A program made the translations under genes and the position numbers. The notes under the pieces were generated by a model. The model saw only the letters and a program-made list of their open reading frames with translations, searched no databases and was not told the DNA's origin. Positions 37,346 through 47,751 of a DNA stretch of 64,000 nucleotides are shown here, piece after piece (position 1 is the first letter of the stretch; each line of letters starts with the position of its first letter). The DNA is from an uncultured Rhizobiaceae bacterium (GTDB taxonomy: Bacteria > Pseudomonadota > Alphaproteobacteria > Rhizobiales > Rhizobiaceae), in the NCBI GenBank assembly GCA_964383325.1, contig CAYLGY010000001.1, forward strand, positions 7,230-71,229, read 5' to 3'.

Positions 37346-38953
37346 ATGGCAGCGCTGACCAGCGAGCTGGACCCAAGGCAATCGCAATACTCGGCAAATG
37401 CGGAGGCCATGCGCGCATTGGTCGAGGATCTGCGCGAGCAAGTGAACAGGATTGCGCGCGGCGGGACCGATGCGGCGCGGGCGAGGCATCAGTCCCGCGG
37501 CAAGCTGCTGGCACGCGACCGGATCGACCTTCTGCTCGATCCAGGATCGCCCTTCCTCGAAATCGGCGCGCTGGCAGGGCTCGGCCTTTATGACAACGAG
37601 GTTCCCGGCGCTGGCCTCGTTACCGGGATCGGCCGGGTAAGCGGCCGGGATTGCATGATTGTCGCCAATGACGCGACGGTAAAGGGCGGCTCCTACTACC
37701 CGCTGACGGTGAAGAAGCACCTGCGTGCGCAGGAGATTGCCCTGCAGAATCGCTTGCCCTGCATCTATATGGTCGATTCGGGCGGTGCCTTCCTGCCGCT
37801 GCAGGATGAGATTTTCCCCGACGAACGCCATTTCGGCCGAATTTTCTTCAATCAGGCGCGCATGTCGGCTGCCGGCATTGCGCAGGTGGCGATCGTCATG
37901 GGTTCCTGCACGGCGGGCGGCGCCTATGTCCCGGCCATGTGCGACGAGAGCATCATCGTGCTGAACCAGGGAACGATCTTCCTGGGCGGTCCTCCCCTGG
38001 TGAAGGCAGCCACTGGCGAGACGGTCACGGCGGAGGAGCTGGGCGGCGCGGATGTTCATGTCCGCCTCTCCGGCGTTGCAGACCATCTGGCCACCAATGA
38101 TGCACATGCAATCGGCATCGCCCGGCGCATCATTGCGGGGCTCACTCCGCCGGACAAGTCCGGGCGAGGCATCATTCCGCCACGCGATCCCCTCTACCCG
38201 GCCAGCGAACTCCACGGCATCATTCCCGTCGATCCCCGCAAGCCCTACGACGTACGCGAGATCATCGCCCGCATCGTCGACGGTTCCGAATTCGAGGAAT
38301 TCAAGGCCTTGTACGGCTCGACCCTGGTGTGCGGCCGCGCCCATATCTGGGGACATCCAGTCGGTATTCTGGCGAATAACGGCATCCTGTTCAGCGAGAG
38401 CGCGCTGAAAGGTGCGCATTTCATCGAATTGTGCAGCCAGCAGGAAATTCCCCTGCTCTTTTTGCAGAACATCACCGGCTTCATGGTCGGAAAGAGATAC
38501 GAGGCGGGCGGGATCGCCAAGGATGGCGCCAAGCTGGTCAATGCGGTTTCCACCACCAATGTCGCCAAATATACCGTAATCATTGGAGGCAGCTATGGCG
38601 CCGGCAATTACGGCATGTGCGGGCGGGCCTATTCGCCACGCTTTCTGTGGATGTGGCCGAATGCGCGCATCTCCGTGATGGGGGGCGAGCAGGCCGCAAG
38701 CGTTTTGTCGCTGCTGCGCCGCGAGGCGATGGAGGCAAAGGGCACGAGCTGGGACGCGAAGGATGAGGATGCGTTCCGAGCGTCGATCCGCGAGCAATAT
38801 GAGCGCCAGGGCCACCCCTATTATTCATCGGCGCGACTGTGGGATGACGGCGTGATCGATCCGGCGGACACGCGTCGCGTGCTGGGCCTCGCGCTGAGCG
38901 TCGGTCGCAATGCGCCGGCCGAGCCGACGCGCTTCGGAATCTTTCGGATGTGA
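37346..38953 (+). CDS. mccB: Methylcrotonoyl-CoA carboxylase carboxyltransferase (beta) subunit
   Basis: 535 aa. [21 protein letters not shown] and [14 protein letters not shown] are typical of MCCase beta. A geranyl-CoA carboxylase cannot be excluded. Confidence 0.85.
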   Translation: MAALTSELDPRQSQYSANAEAMRALVEDLREQVNRIARGGTDAARARHQSRGKLLARDRIDLLLDPGSPFLEIGALAGLGLYDNEVPGAGLVTGIGRVSGRDCMIVANDATVKGGSYYPLTVKKHLRAQEIALQNRLPCIYMVDSGGAFLPLQDEIFPDERHFGRIFFNQARMSAAGIAQVAIVMGSCTAGGAYVPAMCDESIIVLNQGTIFLGGPPLVKAATGETVTAEELGGADVHVRLSGVADHLATNDAHAIGIARRIIAGLTPPDKSGRGIIPPRDPLYPASELHGIIPVDPRKPYDVREIIARIVDGSEFEEFKALYGSTLVCGRAHIWGHPVGILANNGILFSESALKGAHFIELCSQQEIPLLFLQNITGFMVGKRYEAGGIAKDGAKLVNAVSTTNVAKYTVIIGGSYGAGNYGMCGRAYSPRFLWMWPNARISVMGGEQAASVLSLLRREAMEAKGTSWDAKDEDAFRASIREQYERQGHPYYSSARLWDDGVIDPADTRRVLGLALSVGRNAPAEPTRFGIFRM

Positions 38954-40965
38954 ATGGGGCAGGCAACATGGGGGTTACGGCAGAACGGCATGGCGGGCGC
39001 TTTACCAGGGTGCTGATTGCCAATCGTGGCGAGATCGCCTGCCGGATCATGAAGACGGCGCGCCGGATGGGAATGGGAACGGTTGCGGTCTATTCGGATG
39101 CCGAAGAGCATGCGCTTCATGTCTCTCTGGCAGACGAGGCGGTACGGATCGGTCCCGCGCCGGCCGCCGAAAGCTATCTGTGCATCGACCGTATCATCGA
39201 TGCAGCGATCCGGACAGGCGCGCAGGCAATTCATCCGGGCTATGGGTTCCTGTCCGAGAATGCGGAGTTTGCGCATGCCTGTCGGGAAGCGGGTCTTGTG
39301 TTCGTCGGCCCGCCGGTCGAGGCAATTCGCGCCATGGCTTCGAAATCGGCGGCCCGGGCGCTCATGCAGCAGTCGGGCGTGCCGCTGGTTCCCGGCTATC
39401 ATGGGGAAGAACAGGAAATCGAGCGGCTGGCGGCAGAGGCCGATCGGATTGGCTTCCCGGTTCTCGTCAAGGCTTCGGCCGGCGGTGGCGGCAAGGGCAT
39501 GCGGCTCGCCGCCGATGCGGATGCGCTTGCCGAAGCCGTCGCGGCCGCCAAACGGGAAGCCAGCGCCGCCTTTGGCGATGACCGGGTGCTGATCGAGAAA
39601 TACATTGCGCGGCCGCGCCACATCGAAGTCCAGGTCTTCGGGGACATGCATGGCAATATCGTTTCGCTGTTCGAGCGGGAATGCACCCTGCAGCGCCGGC
39701 ATCAGAAGGTCCTCGAGGAAGCGCCGGCGCCCTCGATCACGGAGGAAACCCGCGAGCGCATCTGCGCCGCCGCGCGGTCTGCCGCAGCCGCGGTCGGCTA
39801 TGTCGGCGCCGGGACGGTCGAATTCGTCGCCAATAAGGATGGCTTCCACTTCATCGAGATGAATACACGGCTTCAGGTGGAACATCCGGTCACCGAAGCG
39901 ATCACGGGGCTCGACCTGGTGGAATGGCAGTTCCGCATTGCGGCCGGTGAGGCAATTCCGCACCGCCAGGACGAGATCCGGCGATCCGGCCACGCGATTG
40001 AAGTCCGGATCTATGCCGAAGACCCGCAATCGGGTTTCCTGCCATCCATCGGCCGGATCGAGCAATGGCGGCAGCCACCGACTGGCGATGGGGTCCGCAT
40101 CGACAGCGGTTTCCGGCAAGGAGACCGGATCACGCCGCATTACGACCCGATGCTGGCCAAGCTCATCATTCATGCACCCGACCGATCGCAGGCGCTTGAG
40201 GGGCTGGGCAAGGCCCTGGGTGGTTTCCAGATCGCAGGAGTCCGGACGAATCTCGGCTTTCTGCAAAGACTCGCCGCGCATGCCGATGTTCACGCTGGTC
40301 AGATAGATACCGGTTACATCGAGCGCCGCCTGCCGGAACTCCTGACTCCGGAGGCGGAATTCTCCGATCCGCGCGATCTGGCTGCTGCCGTGGCCGCTGT
40401 GCTCTCCACCGAGGCCCCGGCCGAGGAAACCTCACCATGGGATCTGCGCGACGGGTTTTCGCTGGCAGCAATCCGTGCCCGCCCGCTGGTGCTTAACGGG
40501 ACGATGGCGAGGCTGCGCTATCATCGCGACGGAATGATTCTGGAAGGCGCGGGGACCGACTTCGGCTTTCGCTTCGCAACACGACCCGACAGGTGGCTGG
40601 ACGTATTTCTTGGTGATCGCAAGGAAGTGGTCGGAGCAGTGCGTTTCGGCCGGGAATTCGAGGTCACGACGCCGCGCGGCAGGTGGAGCTTCATCCTGGC
40701 CGATCCCTATGCCGGGGCGGAATCGGCAGCAGTCGATCCTGGCCATTTGCGTGCGCCCATGCCCGGTTCGGTCACGCAGGTTATGGCGAGGGAAGGGGAA
40801 ATGCTGAAGCGCGGCGCGCCGATTCTCGTGCTGGAGGCGATGAAGATGGAGCACACGCTTACCGCCCCCCGGGACGGGGTACTTGCGGCACTGCATTGCA
40901 AGGCGGGCGATTTTGTCCAGGAGGGCACAGAGCTTGCGTCGATCGAAAGCGAGGACGGCTCATAG
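38950..40965 (+). CDS. mccA: Methylcrotonoyl-CoA carboxylase biotin-carboxylase/BCCP (alpha) subunit
   Basis: The biotin carboxylase N-terminus ([13 protein letters not shown]) and a C-terminal biotinyl motif EAMKMEH. GTG 38950 overlaps the mccB stop (ATG 38968 is an alternative). Confidence 0.9.
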   Translation: MNGAGNMGVTAERHGGRFTRVLIANRGEIACRIMKTARRMGMGTVAVYSDAEEHALHVSLADEAVRIGPAPAAESYLCIDRIIDAAIRTGAQAIHPGYGFLSENAEFAHACREAGLVFVGPPVEAIRAMASKSAARALMQQSGVPLVPGYHGEEQEIERLAAEADRIGFPVLVKASAGGGGKGMRLAADADALAEAVAAAKREASAAFGDDRVLIEKYIARPRHIEVQVFGDMHGNIVSLFERECTLQRRHQKVLEEAPAPSITEETRERICAAARSAAAAVGYVGAGTVEFVANKDGFHFIEMNTRLQVEHPVTEAITGLDLVEWQFRIAAGEAIPHRQDEIRRSGHAIEVRIYAEDPQSGFLPSIGRIEQWRQPPTGDGVRIDSGFRQGDRITPHYDPMLAKLIIHAPDRSQALEGLGKALGGFQIAGVRTNLGFLQRLAAHADVHAGQIDTGYIERRLPELLTPEAEFSDPRDLAAAVAAVLSTEAPAEETSPWDLRDGFSLAAIRARPLVLNGTMARLRYHRDGMILEGAGTDFGFRFATRPDRWLDVFLGDRKEVVGAVRFGREFEVTTPRGRWSFILADPYAGAESAAVDPGHLRAPMPGSVTQVMAREGEMLKRGAPILVLEAMKMEHTLTAPRDGVLAALHCKAGDFVQEGTELASIESEDGS

Positions 40966-41026
40966 TTGAGCAATTGCGGCCAGGGGTTTGCTGTGAGATG
41001 ATCCCGGCGGCTGCGTTGCGGGGAGG

Positions 41027-41602
41027 TTGACGATGACATTGGACGAAGCCGCGGAGGTGTTTCGCGAGGCGGTGCGCGATACGGTCAAGCGTCATTCGCT
41101 ATGGTATCTCCTTCAAGGCATGCTTCTGATCGTCGGCGGGATCCTGGCGATCATCTACCCGCTTGTCTCTTCCGTCGCAGTTGTGGTTCTGCTGGGTTGG
41201 CTGCTGATCCTCAGCGGAATCGTTCAGGGCATCAGCCTGATCGGCGCGCGCCAGGTGCCGCATTTCTGGCTGCAGCTCGTTTCAGTCATTCTGGGCGTGC
41301 TCATCGGCTTCCTTTTTCTGCGCGATCCGTTGCAGGGGCTGGTTACCGTCACCCTGCTCCTGATCGTGTTCTTCATGATCGAAGGCATTTCGAAGATCGT
41401 TTTCGCACTGACCATTCGTCCGCTGCGCAATTGGCACTGGATGCTCGCCAGCGGACTGGTCGGCATTCTCCTTTCGCTGATCCTCTGGGCCAGCATGCCG
41501 TTGACGGCCGGCTGGCTTATCGGTCTGCTGCTCGGGATCGAGCTGGTCAGCATTGGTAGCGCCACCGCCTATCTTGCCTGGCAGATCCGCAAAGGATCCT
41601 GA
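41027..41602 (+). CDS. HdeD-family (DUF308 repeat) membrane protein
   Basis: 191 aa with six TM segments and the repeated GxxxIxxG pattern typical of HdeD/DUF308. Confidence 0.7.
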   Translation: MTMTLDEAAEVFREAVRDTVKRHSLWYLLQGMLLIVGGILAIIYPLVSSVAVVVLLGWLLILSGIVQGISLIGARQVPHFWLQLVSVILGVLIGFLFLRDPLQGLVTVTLLLIVFFMIEGISKIVFALTIRPLRNWHWMLASGLVGILLSLILWASMPLTAGWLIGLLLGIELVSIGSATAYLAWQIRKGS

Positions 41603-41651
41603 CGCCGTCCGCATTGTGGGGAGGGTCCAGCTGCTTGTCTGAACAGGACCG

Positions 41652-41685
41652 GATTCCGGAAAGCGAAAGCCGCTTTCCGGGATCG
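41652..41685. repeat. REP/RIME-like palindromic element (variant)
   Basis: GATTCCGGAAAGCG-aaa-GCCGCTTTCCGGGATCG. Confidence 0.55.
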
Positions 41686-41702
41686 TGGGCTTATTACCTG
41701 CG

Positions 41703-41745
41703 CATGATCTTGTCCGAAAAGCGGAAACCACTTTCCGGGATCATG
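41703..41745. repeat. REP/RIME-like palindromic element (full copy)
   Basis: CATGATCTTGTCCGAAAAGCGG-aaa-CCACTTTCCGGGATCATG. Confidence 0.65.
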
Positions 41746-41772
41746 GCCTGTCAAGCATCGCCCTTGGGCCCC

Positions 41773-42585
41773 TCAGGGCGGGCCGATCAGGGCGAACAGT
41801 GCCCCCTGCGGATCGGCGGCTATGAGGATATGCGTGCCGCCCGGCACTTCCGACGGGCCGTGCAGGACCTTCCCCCCGGCATCACGAATCGATTCAGCCA
41901 CCTGCGCCACGGATTCCTCGACCCCGAAATAGGGGAGCCATGCCGGTCCGGGGAAATCTCCCAGCCCCATCATGCCGCCAATATTGGCGCCCTTGTACTG
42001 GAAGATCTGGTACCTGCCGGCCGGACCCATATCCATCGCCTCGCCGCGGGCCCAGCCAAATAGCCCGGAATAGAAGGAGAAGCCGGCCTCCGGATCGGGC
42101 GTCATGAGCTGATGCCATTGACCGTGACCGCTCTTCTTCTGGTTGAAGGCTCCCTCGCCAGTCTCGGCGCGCGCCCTGTCGGCTTCGCTCATCTGGCTCA
42201 TGTCCGGCTGCATCAGGCCGAATACCGCCCCTTGCGGATCCGCGGCGACGGCGAAGCGCCCCGTCCCGGGAATATCGGACGGTTCGATCAGGATCCTGCC
42301 GCCCGCGGCCTCAATGCCCTTCGCGGTCTGCTCGCAATCATCCACGGCGAAATAGACCAGCCAGTTCGGTGGCGGATTGCCGCTCTGGCGCGCAAGATCC
42401 ATCATGCCGGCGACCGGTTCGCTTCCGACCCGGGCCAGATGATAGTCGTAACCCTCCATGCCGCTGTCGGCGATCTCCCAGCCGAAGATCCGGTTATAGA
42501 ATCTCGCCGCGACATCGATTCCATTCGCGCCAAGCTCATACCAGCATGGCTGGCCGTGAAAGCTTGTCTCTCCCGTCTGCGTCAT
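41773..42585 (-). CDS. Two-domain VOC (glyoxalase/bleomycin-resistance/dioxygenase) family protein
   Basis: 270 aa. Duplicated ...FY..(I/L)FGW...M... VOC modules (WYELGANGIDVAARFYNRIFGWEI; WHQLMTPDPEAGFSFYSGLFGW). Confidence 0.75.
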   Translation of the reverse strand: MTQTGETSFHGQPCWYELGANGIDVAARFYNRIFGWEIADSGMEGYDYHLARVGSEPVAGMMDLARQSGNPPPNWLVYFAVDDCEQTAKGIEAAGGRILIEPSDIPGTGRFAVAADPQGAVFGLMQPDMSQMSEADRARAETGEGAFNQKKSGHGQWHQLMTPDPEAGFSFYSGLFGWARGEAMDMGPAGRYQIFQYKGANIGGMMGLGDFPGPAWLPYFGVEESVAQVAESIRDAGGKVLHGPSEVPGGTHILIAADPQGALFALIGPP

Positions 42586-42588
42586 GCC

Positions 42589-43317
42589 TCACCCATTTCG
42601 CCTGGAGTCGAAAATGGGCTCGAATCCGCCCCACATCATGCGCATGCCGTCGAAGGGCATTTTAGGCATTTCCTTGCCCTGCATGCTGGCTTCCATCTCC
42701 TTTGCGGCCGCGTCGCAGGTCGCCCGGTCTGGCCACGCAACCCAGCTGAAAACCGGTACCTCGCCCTCCTTTGCCAGACAGGCGCGGTAGAAATCGGTCT
42801 GCTTGCCATGCGGCACATCCACGCCCCAGCCTTCGACTATCCCCTGGCAACCGCTATCGCGAAACATTTCCTCCCATGCCTTTTGCGCCATGTCGGCATA
42901 GGCTTGCCGGTTCACTTCCGGAACGGCGAGCGCGAAGCCCTGCACATAGCCTGCATCGCGGTCGGAACCCGCACTGAACAGGGGCGAAAAGCCGCCATAG
43001 ATCATCCGGCTGCCATCGAACGGCATGGGGGACATGTTCTTGACGTCCGGATCGTCCGGCATGGCGCTCCACGCCGCATCGGCTTGCGCCTTGTCGTCCC
43101 ATTCCAGCCAGGCAAACACGATATCCTCGTCGTCGCGGGCGTTCACCGCGCCACGCAAATCGTTGATCTTGCCTTTCGGGATGTCAACGCCCCAGCTTTC
43201 CAGCATGCGGCGAACGCCATGCTTGCGCATGACGGTCCAGGCTTCCGCGCAATGTTCGACATATTTCTGCCGATTCGCTGACGGAACGGCTGCCAGCGAG
43301 CCTGTGTAATAAGCCAT
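42589..43317 (-). CDS. Tandem DUF1428 protein (two DUF1428 domains fused)
   Basis: 242 aa. The two halves are visibly homologous (...MLESWGVDIPKGKINDL...FAWLEWDDKAQAD...MPFDGSRMIYGGF versus ...IVEGWGVDVPHGKQTDF...FSWVAWPDRATCD...MPFDGMRMMWGGF). Confidence 0.75.
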   Translation of the reverse strand: MAYYTGSLAAVPSANRQKYVEHCAEAWTVMRKHGVRRMLESWGVDIPKGKINDLRGAVNARDDEDIVFAWLEWDDKAQADAAWSAMPDDPDVKNMSPMPFDGSRMIYGGFSPLFSAGSDRDAGYVQGFALAVPEVNRQAYADMAQKAWEEMFRDSGCQGIVEGWGVDVPHGKQTDFYRACLAKEGEVPVFSWVAWPDRATCDAAAKEMEASMQGKEMPKMPFDGMRMMWGGFEPIFDSRRNG

Positions 43318-43362
43318 CTGAATCTCCTCTCTATCCTGCCCCTTCCTCCATCATGAAGATTG

Positions 43363-43394
43363 TAGTATGAAAAAGCAACTGATAGTATGAAAAA
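43363..43394. promoter_or_regulatory. Direct 12-nt repeats TAGTATGAAAAA (x2, 20-nt period) in the divergent HxlR/DUF1428 promoter region
   Basis: Copies at 43363-43374 and 43383-43394. The second copy abuts the HxlR-gene ATG (43395). Confidence 0.4.
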
Positions 43395-44060
43395 ATGACT
43401 GATCGTGATCCCGCTCAACGCATCCGCTACGATGAGGGGTGCCTTGCCGCCCACGCGCTCAACCAGATCGGAGATCGGTGGGCGTTGCTGATCGTCCGGG
43501 AACTCATGTTCTCGCCGAAACGGTTCCAGATGATCCGGGCCGGCTTGCCCGGCATTACCGCCAGCGTCCTGGCGGGGCGCCTTGCCGAATTGCGCCGGTC
43601 AGGTCTCCTGCACCATGACGAGCGGCTCGGTACCTATTCCCTGACGGAGACCGGTCGGGGGGTGCTTCCAGTCCTGGAAGCACTGTGCCACTGGGCGCTG
43701 ACACTGCCGGGACATGACCCAACCCGTTTCATCAGCCCGTCTGCGTTGATGATTTCCATGAAGGTGAATCTGCATGGGGAATGTGGCGCGGGTGAGGAAA
43801 TTCGCGCCGGTTTCGATTTTGGCAGGGAAGCGTTCGAGATGCGCCTAGCAGGCAGGCGGGTCATGACAAGGGCGGTGGAGCAGCCTGAAGCGGACTTCGT
43901 CCTGCGAGGCAACGGGAACGCGCTGGCCGCGGCCGTCTATGGAAAAACGCCTCTGGCCGAAATGGCCGGAAAGGGCGTCATCGAGGCGGAAGGCGATATC
44001 GGGGCCGCGCAGCGTTTCGTCGATCTGTTCCGGCTGGCACCACGGGCGGATGCGGAATAG
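43395..44060 (+). CDS. HxlR-family winged-helix regulator with a C-terminal extension
   Basis: The CLAAHALNQIGDRWALLIVRELMFSPKRFQMIRAGLPGITASVLAGRLAELRRSGL segment is the HxlR signature. 221 aa, about 100 aa longer than a minimal HxlR. Confidence 0.8.
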   Translation: MTDRDPAQRIRYDEGCLAAHALNQIGDRWALLIVRELMFSPKRFQMIRAGLPGITASVLAGRLAELRRSGLLHHDERLGTYSLTETGRGVLPVLEALCHWALTLPGHDPTRFISPSALMISMKVNLHGECGAGEEIRAGFDFGREAFEMRLAGRRVMTRAVEQPEADFVLRGNGNALAAAVYGKTPLAEMAGKGVIEAEGDIGAAQRFVDLFRLAPRADAE

Positions 44061-44063
44061 GGC

Positions 44064-44097
44064 GTGATCCGGAAAATGGAACCTGCTTTCAACCGGA
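44064..44097. repeat. REP/RIME-like element (degenerate copy)
   Basis: GTGATCCGGAAAATGGAACCTGCTTTCAACCGG. Confidence 0.4.
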
Positions 44098-44127
44098 GAC
44101 CAAGCCGCGTGGCTGCCTGCCGCACGG

Positions 44128-44565
44128 TCATCCAGCCTGGCTGCCTTCCCCGTTCCTGCCTGACTCCCTTACCTGAATTTGCACCCGCGCGGTTCCGGCA
44201 AGGACCACATCGCCGCCATTGCGGGCCAGTTCGAGGACGAGTTCTGCTTCGGGACCGCCGCCGGTGTCCTCCGCAGTTCTGATTTCCACACAGCGCGCAG
44301 TCAGGAGGTCGCCCGGCCAGACCGGGCTCTTGAATCGTACCGCGTAGTGCCTCACGCTTCCCGGGCCGAACCAACGGGTAAGCGCAGATCCCAGTAGCCC
44401 AGCCGAAAGCATCCCGTGCGCCATGACATCCGGAAGTCCTGCTCCCGTTGCAAAGGCGTGGTCATGGTGGAGCGGGTTGAAGTCTCCCGAGGCGCCGGCG
44501 TAGCGGACGAGGTCGGTGCGGGTGATCGGGCCGTAGGTATGCGGTGGCGGGAGCGACAGCTTCAT
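44128..44565 (-). CDS. MaoC-family (R)-specific enoyl-CoA hydratase, catalytic hot-dog subunit
   Basis: ORF trimmed to MKLSLPPP.... Catalytic motif ASGDFNPLHHDHAFA...HGM. Confidence 0.75.
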   Translation of the reverse strand: MKLSLPPPHTYGPITRTDLVRYAGASGDFNPLHHDHAFATGAGLPDVMAHGMLSAGLLGSALTRWFGPGSVRHYAVRFKSPVWPGDLLTARCVEIRTAEDTGGGPEAELVLELARNGGDVVLAGTARVQIQVRESGRNGEGSQAG

Positions 44566-44978
44566 GGCGATCCTGGAGCTTTCTCGACCGACTTCATGGT
44601 CTCTCGGCAGACGGACACACCTGTGTCCGCGCAGCGGAATTCCACTTCGGTCGTCACAATTCGCATCGTGCCTCCGCGTCTTCCGGTCTTGGTCTCGTCT
44701 GCGACCAGCCGTGCCCGGCATTTCAGCCGGTCGCCGACCCGAATGGGTCGCGAATAGCTGTATTGGTGTTCGCCATGAACGGTGCGCGAGCGGTCGAGGT
44801 CCAGGATCGAGGTCACCAGGCGCTCGACGAAGCAGGCCGATGCCACGACAGGGAAGGTCGGCGGCGCGAAGTTGCCTTCCTTCCAATGCGGATCATGAAT
44901 GGCGAGTGCAAACTCCCGCACCTTCCCCGCCTCCACGGTGAAGTCCCACTCCTCGAGAATGTCTCCGACCTTTATCAT
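44562..44978 (-). CDS. MaoC N-terminal-type (FAS1-like) hot-dog subunit, partner of 44128-44565
   Basis: Long ORF trimmed to MIKVGDILEEWDFTVEAGKVREFALAIHDP.... ATGA overlaps on both sides. The arrangement resembles HadA/HadB or ChsH-type heterodimers. Confidence 0.7.
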   Translation of the reverse strand: MIKVGDILEEWDFTVEAGKVREFALAIHDPHWKEGNFAPPTFPVVASACFVERLVTSILDLDRSRTVHGEHQYSYSRPIRVGDRLKCRARLVADETKTGRRGGTMRIVTTEVEFRCADTGVSVCRETMKSVEKAPGSP

Positions 44979-45778
44979 GCCATTGTTCCGAGCAACTTGC
45001 GGCGCCGCGACACCAGCAGCAGCACCGCGAGGGCCATCAGGTTGAATGCGATCAGCAGCGTTGCGACCGCGGTGATGGTAGGGTTGACCTGGAGCATCAG
45101 CTCGCTGAACATCCGTTTTGGAATCGTGACGTGCGTGCCCGAGATGAAGAGCGTCACCACCACCTCGTCGAAGCTCATGACGAACGTGAAGATCCAGACG
45201 GCGGCTGCGCTCGGCACGAGGTTTGGCAGTACGACCCGGGTCAGGATCTGCCACTGCGAGGCGCCGAGTGTTGCCGCCACCTGCTCGATTCGGACATCGA
45301 AGCTGCGGATCGCCGCCTGCATGATCAGCACCACGAAGGGTACGGCGAGGATGGTATGGCCGAGCACCAGGCCGAAAAAGGTGCCAAGCAGCCCGATGCG
45401 GGCGAACAGGATATAGAGTGATACAGCGGTGATGATCGAAGGCACGATCATCGGCGCCATGAAATTCGCCTCGATCGCCCGGCGCCCGAAGAAACTGCCG
45501 CGGACCAGCACATAGGACGCGAGCGTGCCGCAGATCAATGCCGCCGTGCTGGAAAGGGCCGCGAGCAGAAGCGAGTTCTTCCCTGCGTCGATCCAGATCG
45601 GGTTGCCGAGCAGGTTCTCGTACCAGCGGAGTGACAGCGAAGGCGGAGGAAACTCGAGCGATTGCGCGCTCGAGAACGACATTGGCGCAACGATGAGCAC
45701 CGGCAGGCACAGGAACACCAGGACGAGCGCGCCTGCGATCGTCAACCAGACACTGGAGAGCCAACCTCGCTGGTTCAT
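44975..45778 (-). CDS. ABC transporter permease (PotC/binding-protein-dependent type)
   Basis: ORF trimmed to MNQRGWLSS.... EAA-loop region IEQVAATLGASQWQILTRVVLP. Confidence 0.85.
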   Translation of the reverse strand: MNQRGWLSSVWLTIAGALVLVFLCLPVLIVAPMSFSSAQSLEFPPPSLSLRWYENLLGNPIWIDAGKNSLLLAALSSTAALICGTLASYVLVRGSFFGRRAIEANFMAPMIVPSIITAVSLYILFARIGLLGTFFGLVLGHTILAVPFVVLIMQAAIRSFDVRIEQVAATLGASQWQILTRVVLPNLVPSAAAVWIFTFVMSFDEVVVTLFISGTHVTIPKRMFSELMLQVNPTITAVATLLIAFNLMALAVLLLVSRRRKLLGTMA

Positions 45779-46704
45779 TGATAACGCTCCCTCAGCCACT
45801 GGTAGACGGCGTACAAGAAAACGGTGACCACCATCAGCACCACGGAGACGACTGCGGCGATCTCCCAGCGGGCAAAGCGGTTGATCAGGAGATCCATCAT
45901 ATTGGCGATCAACGGGACGCGTCCACCTCCAAGCACGGCCGGCGTGATGTAGAAGCCGAGGCTGAGAATGAAGACGAGGATGGCGGAGGCGGCAAGCGCA
46001 GGGACCGTCAGCGGAAAGAAAACCTGCCAGAAGATCCGTATACGGCTGGCTCCGAGCGTCTCGGCCACCTGGAGAAGGCGCATGTCTACCCGGATCATCG
46101 CGGCATAGAGCGGCAGCACGAGAAACGGTAGCAGCACGTTTGTCATTCCGATGAGAATGCCGAGTTCGTTGTAAAGGAACTCGATCGGTCGATCTGTCAG
46201 GCCAAGCCATTGCAGGGCACGGTTCACAAGCCCGCCATTGCCCAGGATGACGATCCAGGCATAGGTCCGGACGAGGATCGACACCCAGAAGGTCATTACC
46301 ACCAGCGCCAGCATGGTCAATCGCAGCCGGGGCCGGAGCTTCGTGATCCAGTAAGCGAGCGGATAACCCAGAAGGATGGTCAGCAAGGTGACCTCCAGCG
46401 AGATGACAATTGTGCGCCAGATAATCCGGATGTATGCGCTGGATTCAACGAAATCGCGGAAATGCTGCGCCGTCAGTGCACCGGTTTCGGAGTCGCTTAT
46501 ACTCCAATAGGCCGTATTCAGAAGCGGGATGTCGAATACACCCATCGTCAACAGCGCCAGGGGCGCGATCAGGACGACAAGGTCCCAGCGCACCTTGTGC
46601 GACCGGCGAGATGGCGCGGCAGCCGGTTTGGCTGCCGTTCCAATCGTCGTCACGGAGACTTCGCTCACTTCATGCTTCCGCGTCACCAGGGCCGTTTCTT
46701 TCAC
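45775..46704 (-). CDS. ABC transporter permease (PotB type)
   Basis: 309 aa. EAA loop LLQVAETLGASRIRIFWQVFFP. ATGA overlap with the downstream permease. Confidence 0.85.
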   Translation of the reverse strand: MKETALVTRKHEVSEVSVTTIGTAAKPAAAPSRRSHKVRWDLVVLIAPLALLTMGVFDIPLLNTAYWSISDSETGALTAQHFRDFVESSAYIRIIWRTIVISLEVTLLTILLGYPLAYWITKLRPRLRLTMLALVVMTFWVSILVRTYAWIVILGNGGLVNRALQWLGLTDRPIEFLYNELGILIGMTNVLLPFLVLPLYAAMIRVDMRLLQVAETLGASRIRIFWQVFFPLTVPALAASAILVFILSLGFYITPAVLGGGRVPLIANMMDLLINRFARWEIAAVVSVVLMVVTVFLYAVYQWLRERYQ

Positions 46705-47726
46705 TGCAGTAGCTTGAAGTCGTTCCAGCGCTTCTCGACTTCCTTGGCGTTTTCATACCACCACTGGCCGGGCATCAGCCACTGCTGCTTCTTGTTCTCG
46801 GCCGAGGTAGGGAAAGTCTCGAGGACTTCTGGCGAGACGATCTTCTCCAGTTTCGGGCTGGGTCCGGGGTAGGGGAGGAAGTCCATCATGCACTTCTGAG
46901 CCTCGGCTTTGGTCTGGAATCGCAGCCATTCGTAGAGCATGTCGCGCTGCTCGTCGGAAATGCCCTTGGCTACTGTCCACCAGGAGAGGTCGAGCATGCC
47001 CTGATTGTAGGTCGATTCGACCCCCTCCTGTCCGAACACGCGTCCCGACCAGGCGATGGCATACTGCACTTCATTGTCCCTCAGCAGTTGCGCGGGCTGC
47101 GCGCCTGACTGCCACCAGATCACATGATCCTTCACGCGCTCCAGAGTCTTGAAGGCACGGTCGAGGTCCAGTCCCTGCGAGACGTCCTCGAGCGTCATTC
47201 CGTCGCCCATGGCCGCGAAAGCAAGCAGGAATTCCGGATAGTCGGGGAGTGCGCGCTTGCCCGGAAACTTTTCGATGTCGAAGAAGTCGACGAAGTTCTG
47301 CGGCGCCTTGGCGTCGCTGCGCCAGGCCATGATTGTCGAGAAATAGCTCTGGCCGAAGCCGTTCGGGTTCTTGGCTTCCTCGAACATCGGTTCCGGATTG
47401 AGCTTTGCCCAGTCGATTGGCTCGAGCAACCCCTCAGCAGCCTGGCGATACATGTCCCCGGTAGCAGCGTCGGTTACGGTATTGATGATGACCCCGGATC
47501 TCGCTTGGGCCGCGATCTTGGCGTAGCCGCCGGGAGTATCCTGGACGACCTTGATTCCCTCGCTCTCCAGCAGAGGCTCGTTCACGCATTTGTCGAGGGC
47601 GTCCGCGAATTCGCCCCCCGAGTTCATGATGTGCAGTTCCCTGACTTCCTGCGCACCGAGCTGCGTTGACCAGGCCGTCATGGCGACGGCGCACAATAGC
47701 ACGAATTTGCGATCCAGTTTTTGCAT
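46701..47726 (-). CDS. ABC transporter periplasmic solute-binding protein (PotD/PotF-like family 1)
   Basis: Signal peptide MQKLDRKFVLLCAVAMTAWSTQLGAQE. 341 aa. Confidence 0.8.
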   Translation of the reverse strand: MQKLDRKFVLLCAVAMTAWSTQLGAQEVRELHIMNSGGEFADALDKCVNEPLLESEGIKVVQDTPGGYAKIAAQARSGVIINTVTDAATGDMYRQAAEGLLEPIDWAKLNPEPMFEEAKNPNGFGQSYFSTIMAWRSDAKAPQNFVDFFDIEKFPGKRALPDYPEFLLAFAAMGDGMTLEDVSQGLDLDRAFKTLERVKDHVIWWQSGAQPAQLLRDNEVQYAIAWSGRVFGQEGVESTYNQGMLDLSWWTVAKGISDEQRDMLYEWLRFQTKAEAQKCMMDFLPYPGPSPKLEKIVSPEVLETFPTSAENKKQQWLMPGQWWYENAKEVEKRWNDFKLLQ

Positions 47727-47751
47727 TTCCTCACCCTCTGTCTTGTTATTG

